Below are positions 51,501 through 63,500 of a stretch of DNA of 64,000 nucleotides, in pieces (position 1 is the stretch's first letter; each line of letters begins with the position of its first letter). This stretch comes from Ostrea edulis. Taxonomy: Eukaryota. Location of the stretch: the NCBI RefSeq assembly GCF_947568905.1, contig NC_079172.1, forward strand, positions 51,522,001 through 51,586,000, given 5' to 3'. A model generated the notes under the pieces. The model was not told the origin of the DNA, searched no databases, and saw nothing but the letters and a program-made list of their open reading frames with translations. A program made the translations under genes and the position numbers.

Positions 51501-54500
51501 AGTCAAGATGTCCAGCAATGTATGCTTTAGAATGGGCAAACAAATTAGTTCTAAATATATAAGTCTATAAATATATGCAATGTCTATATAAATGGGCATG
51601 CTACTTCATGCGTATATTTTCTATTATAAAATACTACATATATATAACTTAACATCTGCAATAAAACAAATTCCTTACCCTTGGTGAGTTGAAAGGTCAA
51701 AAGTCTCATACAGAAGTGGTCCAAGCTCAGGTGGGGGCATTTGAGGGCTGTTGGCATGAGTATGTGTCACTTTGAACATATTCATGAATTTCTGTCAAGT
51801 AAAAATAAAAACTTTTGTCTAATATCTAAGTTAGTACATCAAATTAACAGATTGTTAAAAACGTGTTTACAGGAAATGAACAATTAGCTGGAACTAAAGA
51901 GAAATAAACTTTAAAGTGAACAAAACATGCTTGACAAGATTATAGGCAGGCAGAGCCTCGCTGTCCTTATAACAGTGAGACACATACAGCTCACTTGCTG
52001 TCAGTATCAGAAGTCTGTGTAACAAAACATAATATTATAACACAATATTACGCACAAATAATCTGACTCGATCTGCATTTATAAAAAAAAAATATAATAG
52101 TATGCAGTGTCTTCAGTTTTGCATCGTCAAGTAAAACATAGTAAATTTTTTAGAACATGGCATTATAATTATAAACATGTGCATAGATAAAACGTACATC
52201 AATGATTTGACCATTACATAGGTATGAATTATCACGGTGCAAAGCTATCTATTGTACACATTCATTCACATGTGTTATAACGTGACATCCGCAGAGTATA
52301 TTGGTATTTATACTGATTTAACAGACATGCAAATCTGTAGAAAACTACATGTAATATTATCTTGAAAAAGAAAGGATCACATACCTCTAATCTCAAGTTG
52401 AAAATGTAGTTGAAGAACAAATTCAATGCTTCTAAAGCCCTGTAATGAGTAAAAAAAACCAGAATTTATTTGAGGATGGATTCTCTGATCATGATTCAGA
52501 AATGCACTGTATATCAGTGTTCCTGTATTTTCTGCAGTTGTACAGCATGTGGGTCATTGAGTGGTACTCCTCTCACATACAGCTGTAAGATTCCACATTA
52601 ACCTGGAGTCTGCAGGAGAGTTTGCATGTCAATTCAAATTGAACAAACATTGTGTCCTTGAACTATACCTTATTCTAACATAAGGCCTTCTGTGTTTCAA
52701 AAGATTGCATATATTCTCAAATCCTTGCATGCAAAATATCACATCTCAACACATCCAGAAAACATGAACCATTCTGATGGTATATACATGAATAAGGCTG
52801 TGAAATTCCACTCCATGATTACTGTCTATATTCTGTCTACGTACTGACACTTGGCCATAACAACTGCTGTAGTCTCTGTGCTTCTCAGGAATCGATCCCT
52901 TGATCTAAAGGCTCTCAAAATGTCCTCTGCACCTGTGAAACATAAGAACCATATACCAAACAAGAACAAAATGTACATAAATGAATATCCTCTCAATACC
53001 TTTCATCGATTCATATGTACATGTATGCTTGCTCTTACAAAGAAATCCCCTAAACCTCAGGTAAATTAATTGTATACAATTGAGGTGAGGATCCTGGATT
53101 TGAAATACGAGAGATGGAAAGATAGATCAAAGGACAAACACAAGCCAAGTCCAGGATCACTTCTTCAGATAAATAGAACATCTGAGTTTAATTTCAACAT
53201 CATAATCATTTAGACTGTTAATTTTGTACTAACTACAGTAACATAAAACAAAAACGATATTTTCTGGACGACTGGCTGCTCAAGTTCTATGACACAGTAC
53301 TTATTTAACATTGAATTTAATAACATACAAATTTACAGTACACATGGTATGATTGATAAGTGGTTGTGTTTTTTAACACTTGCTTGTTATTTCTATAGGA
53401 GATGAGAACAACCTTGTCAAATTATAAAAGTTTCACTCTTAATTTTAAAATGAATCAATTACCTCCCAATATTGAAAACATCAGCATATCGAAAGTACTG
53501 GAAAAAAATATTCTCCAACATTTCTCAGAAATTTATCTAAAGACTCATTAAAATACACATGAAAGTCAAAGAATTCCCTAAAATTTTGGTTAGTTTTTAT
53601 CCCCAATTTGTTCAAAGATCTGAACCTTACAGAGGCTGCATCTATGCTTTAATTTATCTATTGGTCGCAGCCAGCTTCTCAAAGAAAAAAAGAAGCATCC
53701 TATAAGCAATTTCCGAGATATCAGCTCTTTTGTGATGGAGGTACGTTAAGTATTCTGTTGAACACTTGGATGGGTACAAGATGTATACATATAGTATAGA
53801 TTGGCTATGTAAATAAGGATAAAAGTTATGAAAGCGTAAATTTTGTTTATATCAGCCATTGGTATAAATTAAACTGACCATATCAAGAATGATTTGTTTG
53901 AATGAGGCAGTTATTATTTATTTCCTCTTCTTCACAAGTGATACTTCAATCAAAGAAAGATGGTGATTATCAATTTTTGTTTAAGCTTTTTTTTTTTGAT
54001 TATTAAATACTCATAAACTTCCTAAATTTGTGTGTCCCTGCAGTTCAGGTGGTTGCATGACATCTGGTAATCATCCTTTAGGCAATACATGAATGCAGCG
54101 ATAAGCATTTGTACCCACCGCGTGAATACGACAACATATTTGGCATCTCACCATGCATCTAGAGTTCAACAAAGGGATGAAAGTAATGGGCAACTTGGAA
54201 ATTGTGTATTGTCCAAAATATGCAGTAAATATTAATTTTCTTTCCACTGATTACTTCTCTGCTACGAGGGGGGAGAGTTTGTTGAGTACCTCAATTCACC
54301 CATACAACTTAATCTAGACAGTGAAGCCCCACCTGTGACATTAGGGTAAGGCTTGTCATTCCTGCCATCAATCAGTGACATCAACGGCTCTAGTAACTTC
54401 TTAATGTCCTCCGGTTTGTAGTAAAATCCAAACGACACCAAGTAGTGCACCAAACGAAGAACCTGACAGACAAAAAACAAATTACACCAGGTAGTGCACC

Positions 54501-57500
54501 AAATGAAGAACCTGACAGACAAAAAACACATTTCCTACTTTTAAGTTCAAACCACAATTTCTAAAAGCAAGGCAATTTAAAATACAGCAAAACTTGTTTG
54601 AATGGAAATGGATACAGTGAATTTATGAAAAATGACTTGCTAATTAAGGACTTTGGAATAAAACCGGATTCCTCTGGTACCTGTTTTACGAGCATGTTGT
54701 TTCCAACGTTGGATGCTATCATGTCGCTGTTGTTTTTCAGGAAAGAAGAGATCCAGTCACTAAGGGTTGGGAACACCTGGTATGTCATGGAGTGACTGTG
54801 GTCAATCTCGTCCTGTGGGGGGCAAATCATGATATGTATCATACTGATATCATTGACATGCATCATATCACAGTGACAAATCATCAACAGCCGATACTTC
54901 AGAAGAATGAAACCGATAATATTTCTATATATTCTGCTTATAAAGATTTACATCAAAAAGTATGTAACAAAATTTTCAAATAATTAATCATAAGAATTAA
55001 ATATAATGACTTTCTAAAACTGAACTTCATGTTTGCATCCTGCAAATGCTAAATATAAAAAAGATGCAAGTATCAAAATTAAATTCTATGCTTTAAAATT
55101 GAACTGCTTTAACCAATACTAAAACTACTCATTTAAAGTATTATCAATATCAAATGTTTAGAGAGTTAGTAAAACACTTCAAGAACCACCAGGCCAAACA
55201 GGTGAAAATAAAATCAGAGTATGAACAAGTTTATGGATGCAGTAAAATGTTCATATCACAATTGACCATGCAAATTTTCATTTCAATATTACCATCAACC
55301 ACACATCATCGCACATCATCCTCTTATCCAAACGAAAGAAACAATCACACACATACATGTACATGCAAGTTAAGGCCCTGAACAATAATTGATATGAAAT
55401 AAAAAGTTGCCAAATAAACAGGTTCCGAGATCTTAAAACTGAGATTTTATGGTAACTTTGAATATCTTTAGACTGCCATCCAACAAAACTAATGTTTACT
55501 AGAACACTTAACAACACTACATATAAAATATTATTGGATTTATATTTAAAAATATGAGGCTAGCTAGGGCATATGTTATTAAATATTTTACATGCAATGA
55601 GCATTTTGTACAAGCTGCTGATGAGACTTCCAATGATACACATATTAAACAAACAGTTTCATAATTGTTCAGACTGTTCACAAAAGGCCTTAACTCACTT
55701 GCATACATTCATATCTAAAGTAGGAGGCCCCTGGATTACAACACTCACCTGAGTCAAATAGCTCTTCAGAAAAAACTGGATTTTAATTTTGAACAATATA
55801 TTTTGATCCAATATGAATCCAAGTCAGGGCTTGAAAGAAACTCCAAATTTACAATAAAAAGATGACTGCATATCTAGAAATAAGGTAGTTTGTGTTTAAA
55901 ATGTTTTACAAGGAATTCCTATACTGACCTCAATTTACCATAGGGGCAATGGTTTGCACAAACTTGAAGCTACACAGCACAATAGGCGTATCACACAAGT
56001 ATGGTCACTTATGGACACTGTCGTAAAGAAGATTTCAGAATGACCCTTTCTTATATCTACTTCAAAATGAGACAATGGAAGTTTTAAGTTGGAAATTTTT
56101 CCCTAGTTCTAGAAATACCGATGACAGACACAATTTTAATCTGTAAAGCTCACTTGAGCTGTATGTTCTGGTGAGCTAAACAATCAAACTCTGTTAATAT
56201 CAAGCGATGATTATAGCTGGCACATATACAGTCATATACATATAAACTCATACCAAATTATTCTATAAAGGAAATGATGAAAAAAAGGTAAAATTAAAAT
56301 AACGAAGTTTCAAAGGCATATATCTGCAAAACAAAAAGCAAAATTGAAAGAAAAAATATACAGTTAGTGGGGAAAGGTTGTTAAAGCTTGATTAGAGATA
56401 AATGGTTCTTTTCTCCAGTGGCAAAAAGGGTAACGTCTGATAATGCTCATGTTCTAGTCTGAGTAGATGTTTCACATCGCTAAATTTGTCAAAACAATGA
56501 TAACTCGTTCAGAATACATTTCTCATAAGTAAAACGCAAGTGCATATTTAAAAATCATATTTCCAACATATCAAAAAAACATCTTTTCAGACTAGATCAT
56601 TAAAATCATTAAATGTGCAGCTACATAATTCAACTGATTATCTTATAGAAAAGTTACATATAGCTGTATTCTTTTAGGATGATCAAAGATATTATTATAA
56701 TATACAGGCCTGTAACAAAGACACACAGAGAATATAGCAACAATCAAGTGGAATTTCACTTTATTCAAATCATAAATCTGAATTTAACAAGTACACCAAA
56801 TGCAACTGTGCACTGTCAAAAATTAAAAGTAATAAGCGTACTAGTTTGTTACAGGCCGGTATCATCCTCATGGGGTGCAAGAGTAATTTATTTTTAAATG
56901 CTGGATCACGTCTTTAGTTTTCTCCCTAAACCAAAATACCTTTCTGGACATTGGTGCAATTGGGCCAACAATTATTTTAGAAATGGTCTACAAATAAAAG
57001 TTTTGGAGCAAAAAATATTAATGCAAATGTTGACATTACTATACAAAGTACCTACCGGTTTTCTCCCCTTTAAATGAAGCATTAAAAGGAAGACACAACA
57101 TATGAATAACTGTATTTGTTTGTGTACCGTGTGAACACAGCATGTACCACTAGGTAACAGTCAATACTGATCATTGTTTGAAGATACCACCCAAAAGTGG
57201 TTCCAGGGTATCTGAAGCATATCTTTACCAATATAAGCTTAGGTCAGTATATATGTACTTAGGTCATACATGTGCTGTACTTAGATATTAAATACTCGTA
57301 CCTATGTCACAATGTGTACCTAAGTCAGGACGTCTACTTCGATCAGTTCTTGGTTCAGTACTTGGATCGTCCCAATGCATGTTAGATTATCAGAAAATTG
57401 CTTTAGAATCAAAATGAATTGACTTGTGTGATCTACTGTAGCCATTCATTCAACATATAGTTTAAAGGTGTTAGCCCTAAGTCACAACTTATACATTCTC

Positions 57501-60500
57501 AAATAAATTTCAGCATAGGAGTTAATGATGGTGACCCATAAACTCAAATTAAATATCATTAATTAGAATATTTAATGCATCAAAATCGGTGTCTCAAATC
57601 TCCCGAATGTATTATGGTGCAAGTGAAATCTTTGGAGCAACATTCAAACAGATGTACCAAAATCTGGATGAGTGAAAGTTAAGATTGTCCTTTGAGCACT
57701 TGAGTGAGTTTCATTACCCATTTGAGCACAGTGCTCTGTATGTCAGAGTCGGTATCACGCCATGTATATCTTGCTGTCTCGCTCATTATGGATTTAGAAC
57801 GGTGACCAATCAAATGATAGTATTGTTCTAAATATTGCAGCTTTGAATTATCTTCCTCTGATTTCATGACTTCGATTATAGGGAGTCTGAGACTATTTTC
57901 AGCATGTGTGGATTTTCTGGAGATCGGTGGAACAGATACTGCAGAAAATGGGCGCATTGAGAAAGACGTGAGCATTCTCAGGTTGGAATCGACGGAGGGA
58001 CTTCTGTTCTACAAAATGTATGCTTTTACTACAGAATGGATTGAATAGCTGTGAATGATGATCAAAGTAAATAGAACAAACTCAAAACCAACTATAGGTC
58101 TCAAGACTTTCAAGAAGGAAGAATCAAACTCTAATTGATAGGTACAAAGTAAATTTCAGAACAAAATCAGTTTTGATAAAGAGTAAGAACATTCTTTATG
58201 ACAAGTTTAACAAATGACACAAATGTAGTTTTTATAAGAAGATGACATTGAATTAGTAACCCAGAATTGCTTGATCAAATCTTGAAGATAAAAATCAAGG
58301 GCATTGTCTATCTAACAATACAGTGGGGAAAAAGGTGTATATCCAGGCAGCAGTGCACAATATAACAGATTATACTAGGACAGGGAACTCACTATAGACA
58401 ACTCTCCTCCAGTACTCTGAAATTCGCGCTCACATGTTACGGAAGCAATAAACAAAATTCCTAACATTTCATTTGACATATATTATTTGTAGAAACTAGG
58501 GATTCAGCTCAGTAAGAATATGTACAGTACAATGAACTATAATGTAACCAAACAGGTATCAATACTCTACTTATTATGACTGAATCAAAAATATTGAATA
58601 TGACCTCAATTCTCAGACTTATTTGATAATCTTACCATGAGACCATTACACTGTTCAGAACATGGAGTACTACATGTAACATAATAAGACATCTATCATA
58701 ATTCGGCTGTATTCATCTATAAATAAACCATCTTTTAAAATCCCATTACAAATATTTAAGATTATTACCTCAAAGGAATCAATTTCATCATAGACGTAGG
58801 AGAGTTTCACCCGATCAATGACGGAGTGGTTAGCACCAATGTCTACAAACATGGCTGAAATAAAACAAATAACTTTTTTTAAAAATTGCATATTTCTATC
58901 ATAAAAATCAATTTCTGACATTTTTCATCAAGTACGGAGAAATTTTCTTTCTTTCTTTTTAAACTTTGTTTTTAAAGCATTCTACAAAATTTAGGAATAC
59001 TTGAGTGTAAATTTTGTAAAAATATTGATGGCAAAAATGAATACATAGGTCACATACTGATAATGAGGTCACAGTATTGTGATCGTAGTTTGTCTGGCAG
59101 ACGGTCATCACTCAGACATGTGAATGCTTCCTCCCAGGTCAAATAGTTCAATTCCTGGGTGATGACCTTGATTGAGAAGTCATTCTGACCCTGAAAACAG
59201 AAACAAAAGGAAATTTTCATAATTTTCTGAAACATCAGCATCAAGTACATACAGTCCATCAGTGCAAAAAAAAAATAGACACAATAAAATAAAGCTACGT
59301 TATTTTCACATTATCACCAGTGTGAGATTGCCATCTCACACTGCTGCGACGTCATTTGATTGTGATTATTTTCTATGATTTACGTTACACAGAGAAGTAA
59401 AATGTTTGGTTTTGTTTTCTTTAAATTTCATTTTGATATAGCTTTCTGCTGGACAACCTTGGGTTTTCTTAGTTTACACTTACGGTGTAAACCATTTTCG
59501 GGTATGCCCTCTCTGGCTGTCTAGTTTGATTTTGCACTGAAGTTCAAATGAGAATTTTTGATAATTTTGAATTTTCTCGAAGTTCTTGAATTTATGCACT
59601 AAACTGTTGGTAAAATGTGAGAAAATAATCCTTCATTATTTATTCGTGTGAGATAGGGAAATTCCACCTCTGGAACAAGATTCACTGTCCAGGTCTAACT
59701 CAGCAAAGCCTCGTCCTAGACTGGGAATCTTGTGGTGGAATTTACTTATCCCACGGTCGTACGAATGAAGGATTCCATTAGGGATTATTATTACCTGTCA
59801 ACCTTTTACTACCACAATGAGTAAGTTTTCCTTCAAAGTGAAGGAGAATTATGAAAATGAGGGAAATCTCTACACAAATGTAATTCTCAGTCTTTTAACA
59901 AGGTTTTAAATCATTGAAAGAAAATTATAAAATGTGGCATTTGATAACAAAATTAAGAAATGTTTCCATTCCTCTGTAAGAAACACGTACGTGACACAGA
60001 TCTCCGAACAATTCCAGCTGATGTTCCAGAAACAAATACTCCTCTCCCGAAACGTTTGTTGCAAACTCTGCAAGCTCCATCCATTTTCTACCCTGATTGG
60101 TTGACACATAAATAACTCCATGCTCTTTTCCTATTTTCTGTCCCATATCAGTGTAATAGACACAGTTTTGCTGAAAAATTATTAAAGCTGATTAATTTTG
60201 TGTTTCTATTCTTTTTTTTTTTTTTTCTCTTATAATTTCAAATTTTCTATCCTAAGATACTCAATAGGACAGAAGCAACTAATATTTGTACATTTAAAAC
60301 AAACAACCACATACATAAACATTCTATAAACCTTAAACAGAATTTGCAATTTTATTAAAATTTAATCAGTGTGTCAAAAACACATTAAAGAACATTACAC
60401 TTTATTTCAAAATCTTCACAAGGATAGAATTAACCATTGTTTAAAAATCATTCCACATTAAGGTTACAGAATTTTTATACTTCCCCTGAATATCTCAAGA

Positions 60501-63500
60501 TAGCTATTTTTTTTAATGTCTTATTTAAATGTTGAAAATTTGCATTCAACTCTTCAAATAAAGAGATAAGGAAAGAACCCAGAACTACATTGCTTAGGTT
60601 TGTTGACATTATCAAATGAAGATGGTAATTTTCTTAAAATTCAGCATGTCAATACCAATTTTAGGTAAATTATTTTGAACAACTTCACTTCCATTCAACA
60701 ATTTAGCCATATGTTTTCCTTACACTTCCTAAGTATATCCTGTTTACCTCTTGTCAATGAACAATATTTTGGTCCTTGTTTACAACCTTAACTCCCAAGT
60801 TCTATATATCATACCCTATTGCCCTTCATGAGCCAGACTTCTGTGATGTACTTTTGATTGTCTGGAATGGACACACCATCACATACACACAAGACTGCCA
60901 GCAAGTCAAGGTACCTATGATTCTAAGAAAATCAAAAACAAATCTCATAAACTAAGTCTACCCAGAACAACCAACAGGTCAAATAATCTGTCTGTAAAAT
61001 TTTACCATCTAATAATATGCATGTATCTGTAAACAACCAATGGCATGAGCATCAATAAATTCCAAAGTTGTAAATTTCTTATTTCAATAATTAAAACAAG
61101 CTAGGAAAAGAGAAAATGAAATTTCACTAATTTCACATTTCAATAGTTTCAATCTTTACAAACCCTGTCTCTCTGTAGAAGTTCCACAAACTTGTCAATG
61201 TGGCCATGGGAAATTCGGTCCACAATTTTCCGATTGTCTTTAATGAGTTCCATCACCATGTGAGCTGCATTCAAACCAATCTGACCCTGAACAAAAAAAG
61301 ATTTTAAATCAGCATTTAATTTCCATGAAAATTTTTCAAATTAAGGCATATCTTAGATTCAAAGCAAAAATTTGTGGTGATTATCTTCAGATACCATCGA
61401 TTAACTTCAAATGCATGCAGTTGCTTGCCAAACATTGAGTAGTAATCATTAAAGATATGGATGAAAGATATATTATAACTTCCTTCTTTTAAAACAAAAA
61501 TATGATATTCTGAACCACCAAAATCATCCCCTAATTTCCAAACAATCAATATCAATAATGTTTAATTGATGCTGTTCCCTTTTTTAGGGGATGGGTCCCA
61601 CATGCAAAGAGTTAATTTTTTTCTCTAAGAAATTATTCACCTCCTTCAGTTCAAACTGCGACAGAAAGAAATCAATGTATTTGGCAATATACAGCTCATT
61701 CTTCCGACTGTCTCCCATTAGGTAAGTATACAACACATTGTAAGCCTCCACAAAAATCTTCGTCAGATGGCTGAAAACAAGATGGAAAACAATATTCATA
61801 AATGGATACTGTCAAATATATAGAACTCACTTGGCAGTACAGTATAATCTGTCTAAACCGGCTATGTGTGGTTCCAAAGAAATTGGCCGGTTTACACAGA
61901 GTCCGGAGTGCAGAATGTTGACAAGAATGAGAGTTGCTTCCCTTGTATTCACTATCTGTGCATACGTGTGTAATGATTGCCAACGTTTTAATATATCACA
62001 AAAGAATTCAAAATGTAAAAATATAAATGTCAGTGTTTTATTGTCGTGCTCATTTGAACAAGTTTCAATTTTTATTAAACAGTTTAAATTCTGGGAATTA
62101 TTCGCGCAATTTTCTGTTGGTAAATTGTCGATTTCGTCTACATCATCGCCTTTATCAGGTGCTACATTATGTACGTTCGTCAAGTTTGTGCTGTGTTCGT
62201 TTAAAATTTGTCTTTCCCAGCTTTCATTGTAAATGTATCGCATTCAACTGTCTCAATTTGTGAAATGGAAACTAATGCAATGCCGAGTGATCGACCGGAC
62301 ATGGCAAGTTGTGCTAACTAACTGCATATCATCACTGTCTGACTCGCTGTAGAGCTCTGAGAAGTCCACGAGGGGAAACCCTGCTTTTGGAAAACATAAC
62401 GGGATTGTTGCCGATTTTATTTCATTCCAAGAATGTATCGAATTCATCGATTAATTGAACTTTGTCTTTTAATGTCAGTTCTCGTCTCTGCCGTTAGGGG
62501 GAGGGCGCCATTACCTCGTGCGTGGTGCTGTCATAATTGAAAAGTGCACCACATAAAAATCAGGTTTTATTTTAAACTGATCGCGACTCATCGCCAGTTG
62601 CACTCTTTTACTTACCTGTGGCTTCCCTTGAGACACCCTTTGTGTACACCGCGTGTGATCGACCGAATACCGACAGGTTGGTCATCGTGGGGTGGCTGGT
62701 TTAAATGCGATAATTAGAGCTAATTACGGGCAGTTGGGACCTTGTGTACACCGAATACAATTGACTGCAACAATTAGGGTGGTGTATCATCGAGGGGCCG
62801 GTTTACACAGGTTAATTAAAGTTAATTGATAGCAGTTGGGACTGTGCAAGCCGGTCGATATACAGAATACGCAGTATTCGGAGTACAGGGAATTATTAAT
62901 AAAGGATTTGTTAAAGAAATGTTAGGGACTATATTTTATGGCCGGAATTGACAGAGCGCCGGAGTACTCAGAGGCCAGTTTGGACAAATTATACTGTATA
63001 TATCATTCAGTTGTCTCTCTTGGATCTACAACCATTGATAGCGAGACTAAATGTAACATAGTGTTAAGAAGTTGCTGACAGCAGAGTGTAACTTGCATCA
63101 TAGTTATAAACCCTACCCCATCTCTATCTACATGTACCCTCCCAAAGAAAGACTGAGGTTAATGATAGGAAAGTTTATTTATAACAACTTACCACTGCCC
63201 CCCCCCCCCCCCATCCCCTTAAGTTAGGGAGAGAGATTATGGTTGATGATGGGGGAGTGATGTAGCTGAAACATTAATGTTCTTCCCTAAGGTCAAGATC
63301 ATAATAAGCTTCTGATGGGGAATAAAATAACTTACTACTGATCCGGGCTTCCTCTAAATGGGATCCGAAGTAGATATATCAACAGCTCCACTATCTGAAA
63401 TCAAAATTTATTCATGTAGATCAATTACTTGAAGATAGTTACAAATCGTACAAACATTTATGATTGCTACAAGTCAGATCATAGTTTAACTTGAAGGGTT

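Noticed and set aside
59290-59800. Probable repeat remnant with small hairpins
   Set aside because: No termini, TSD or second copy in the window; cannot be classified.
61827-62243. 133-138-aa overlapping ORFs as a transposase
   Set aside because: No DDE/D or HTH motif recognised; opposite-strand ORFs inside a non-autonomous element.
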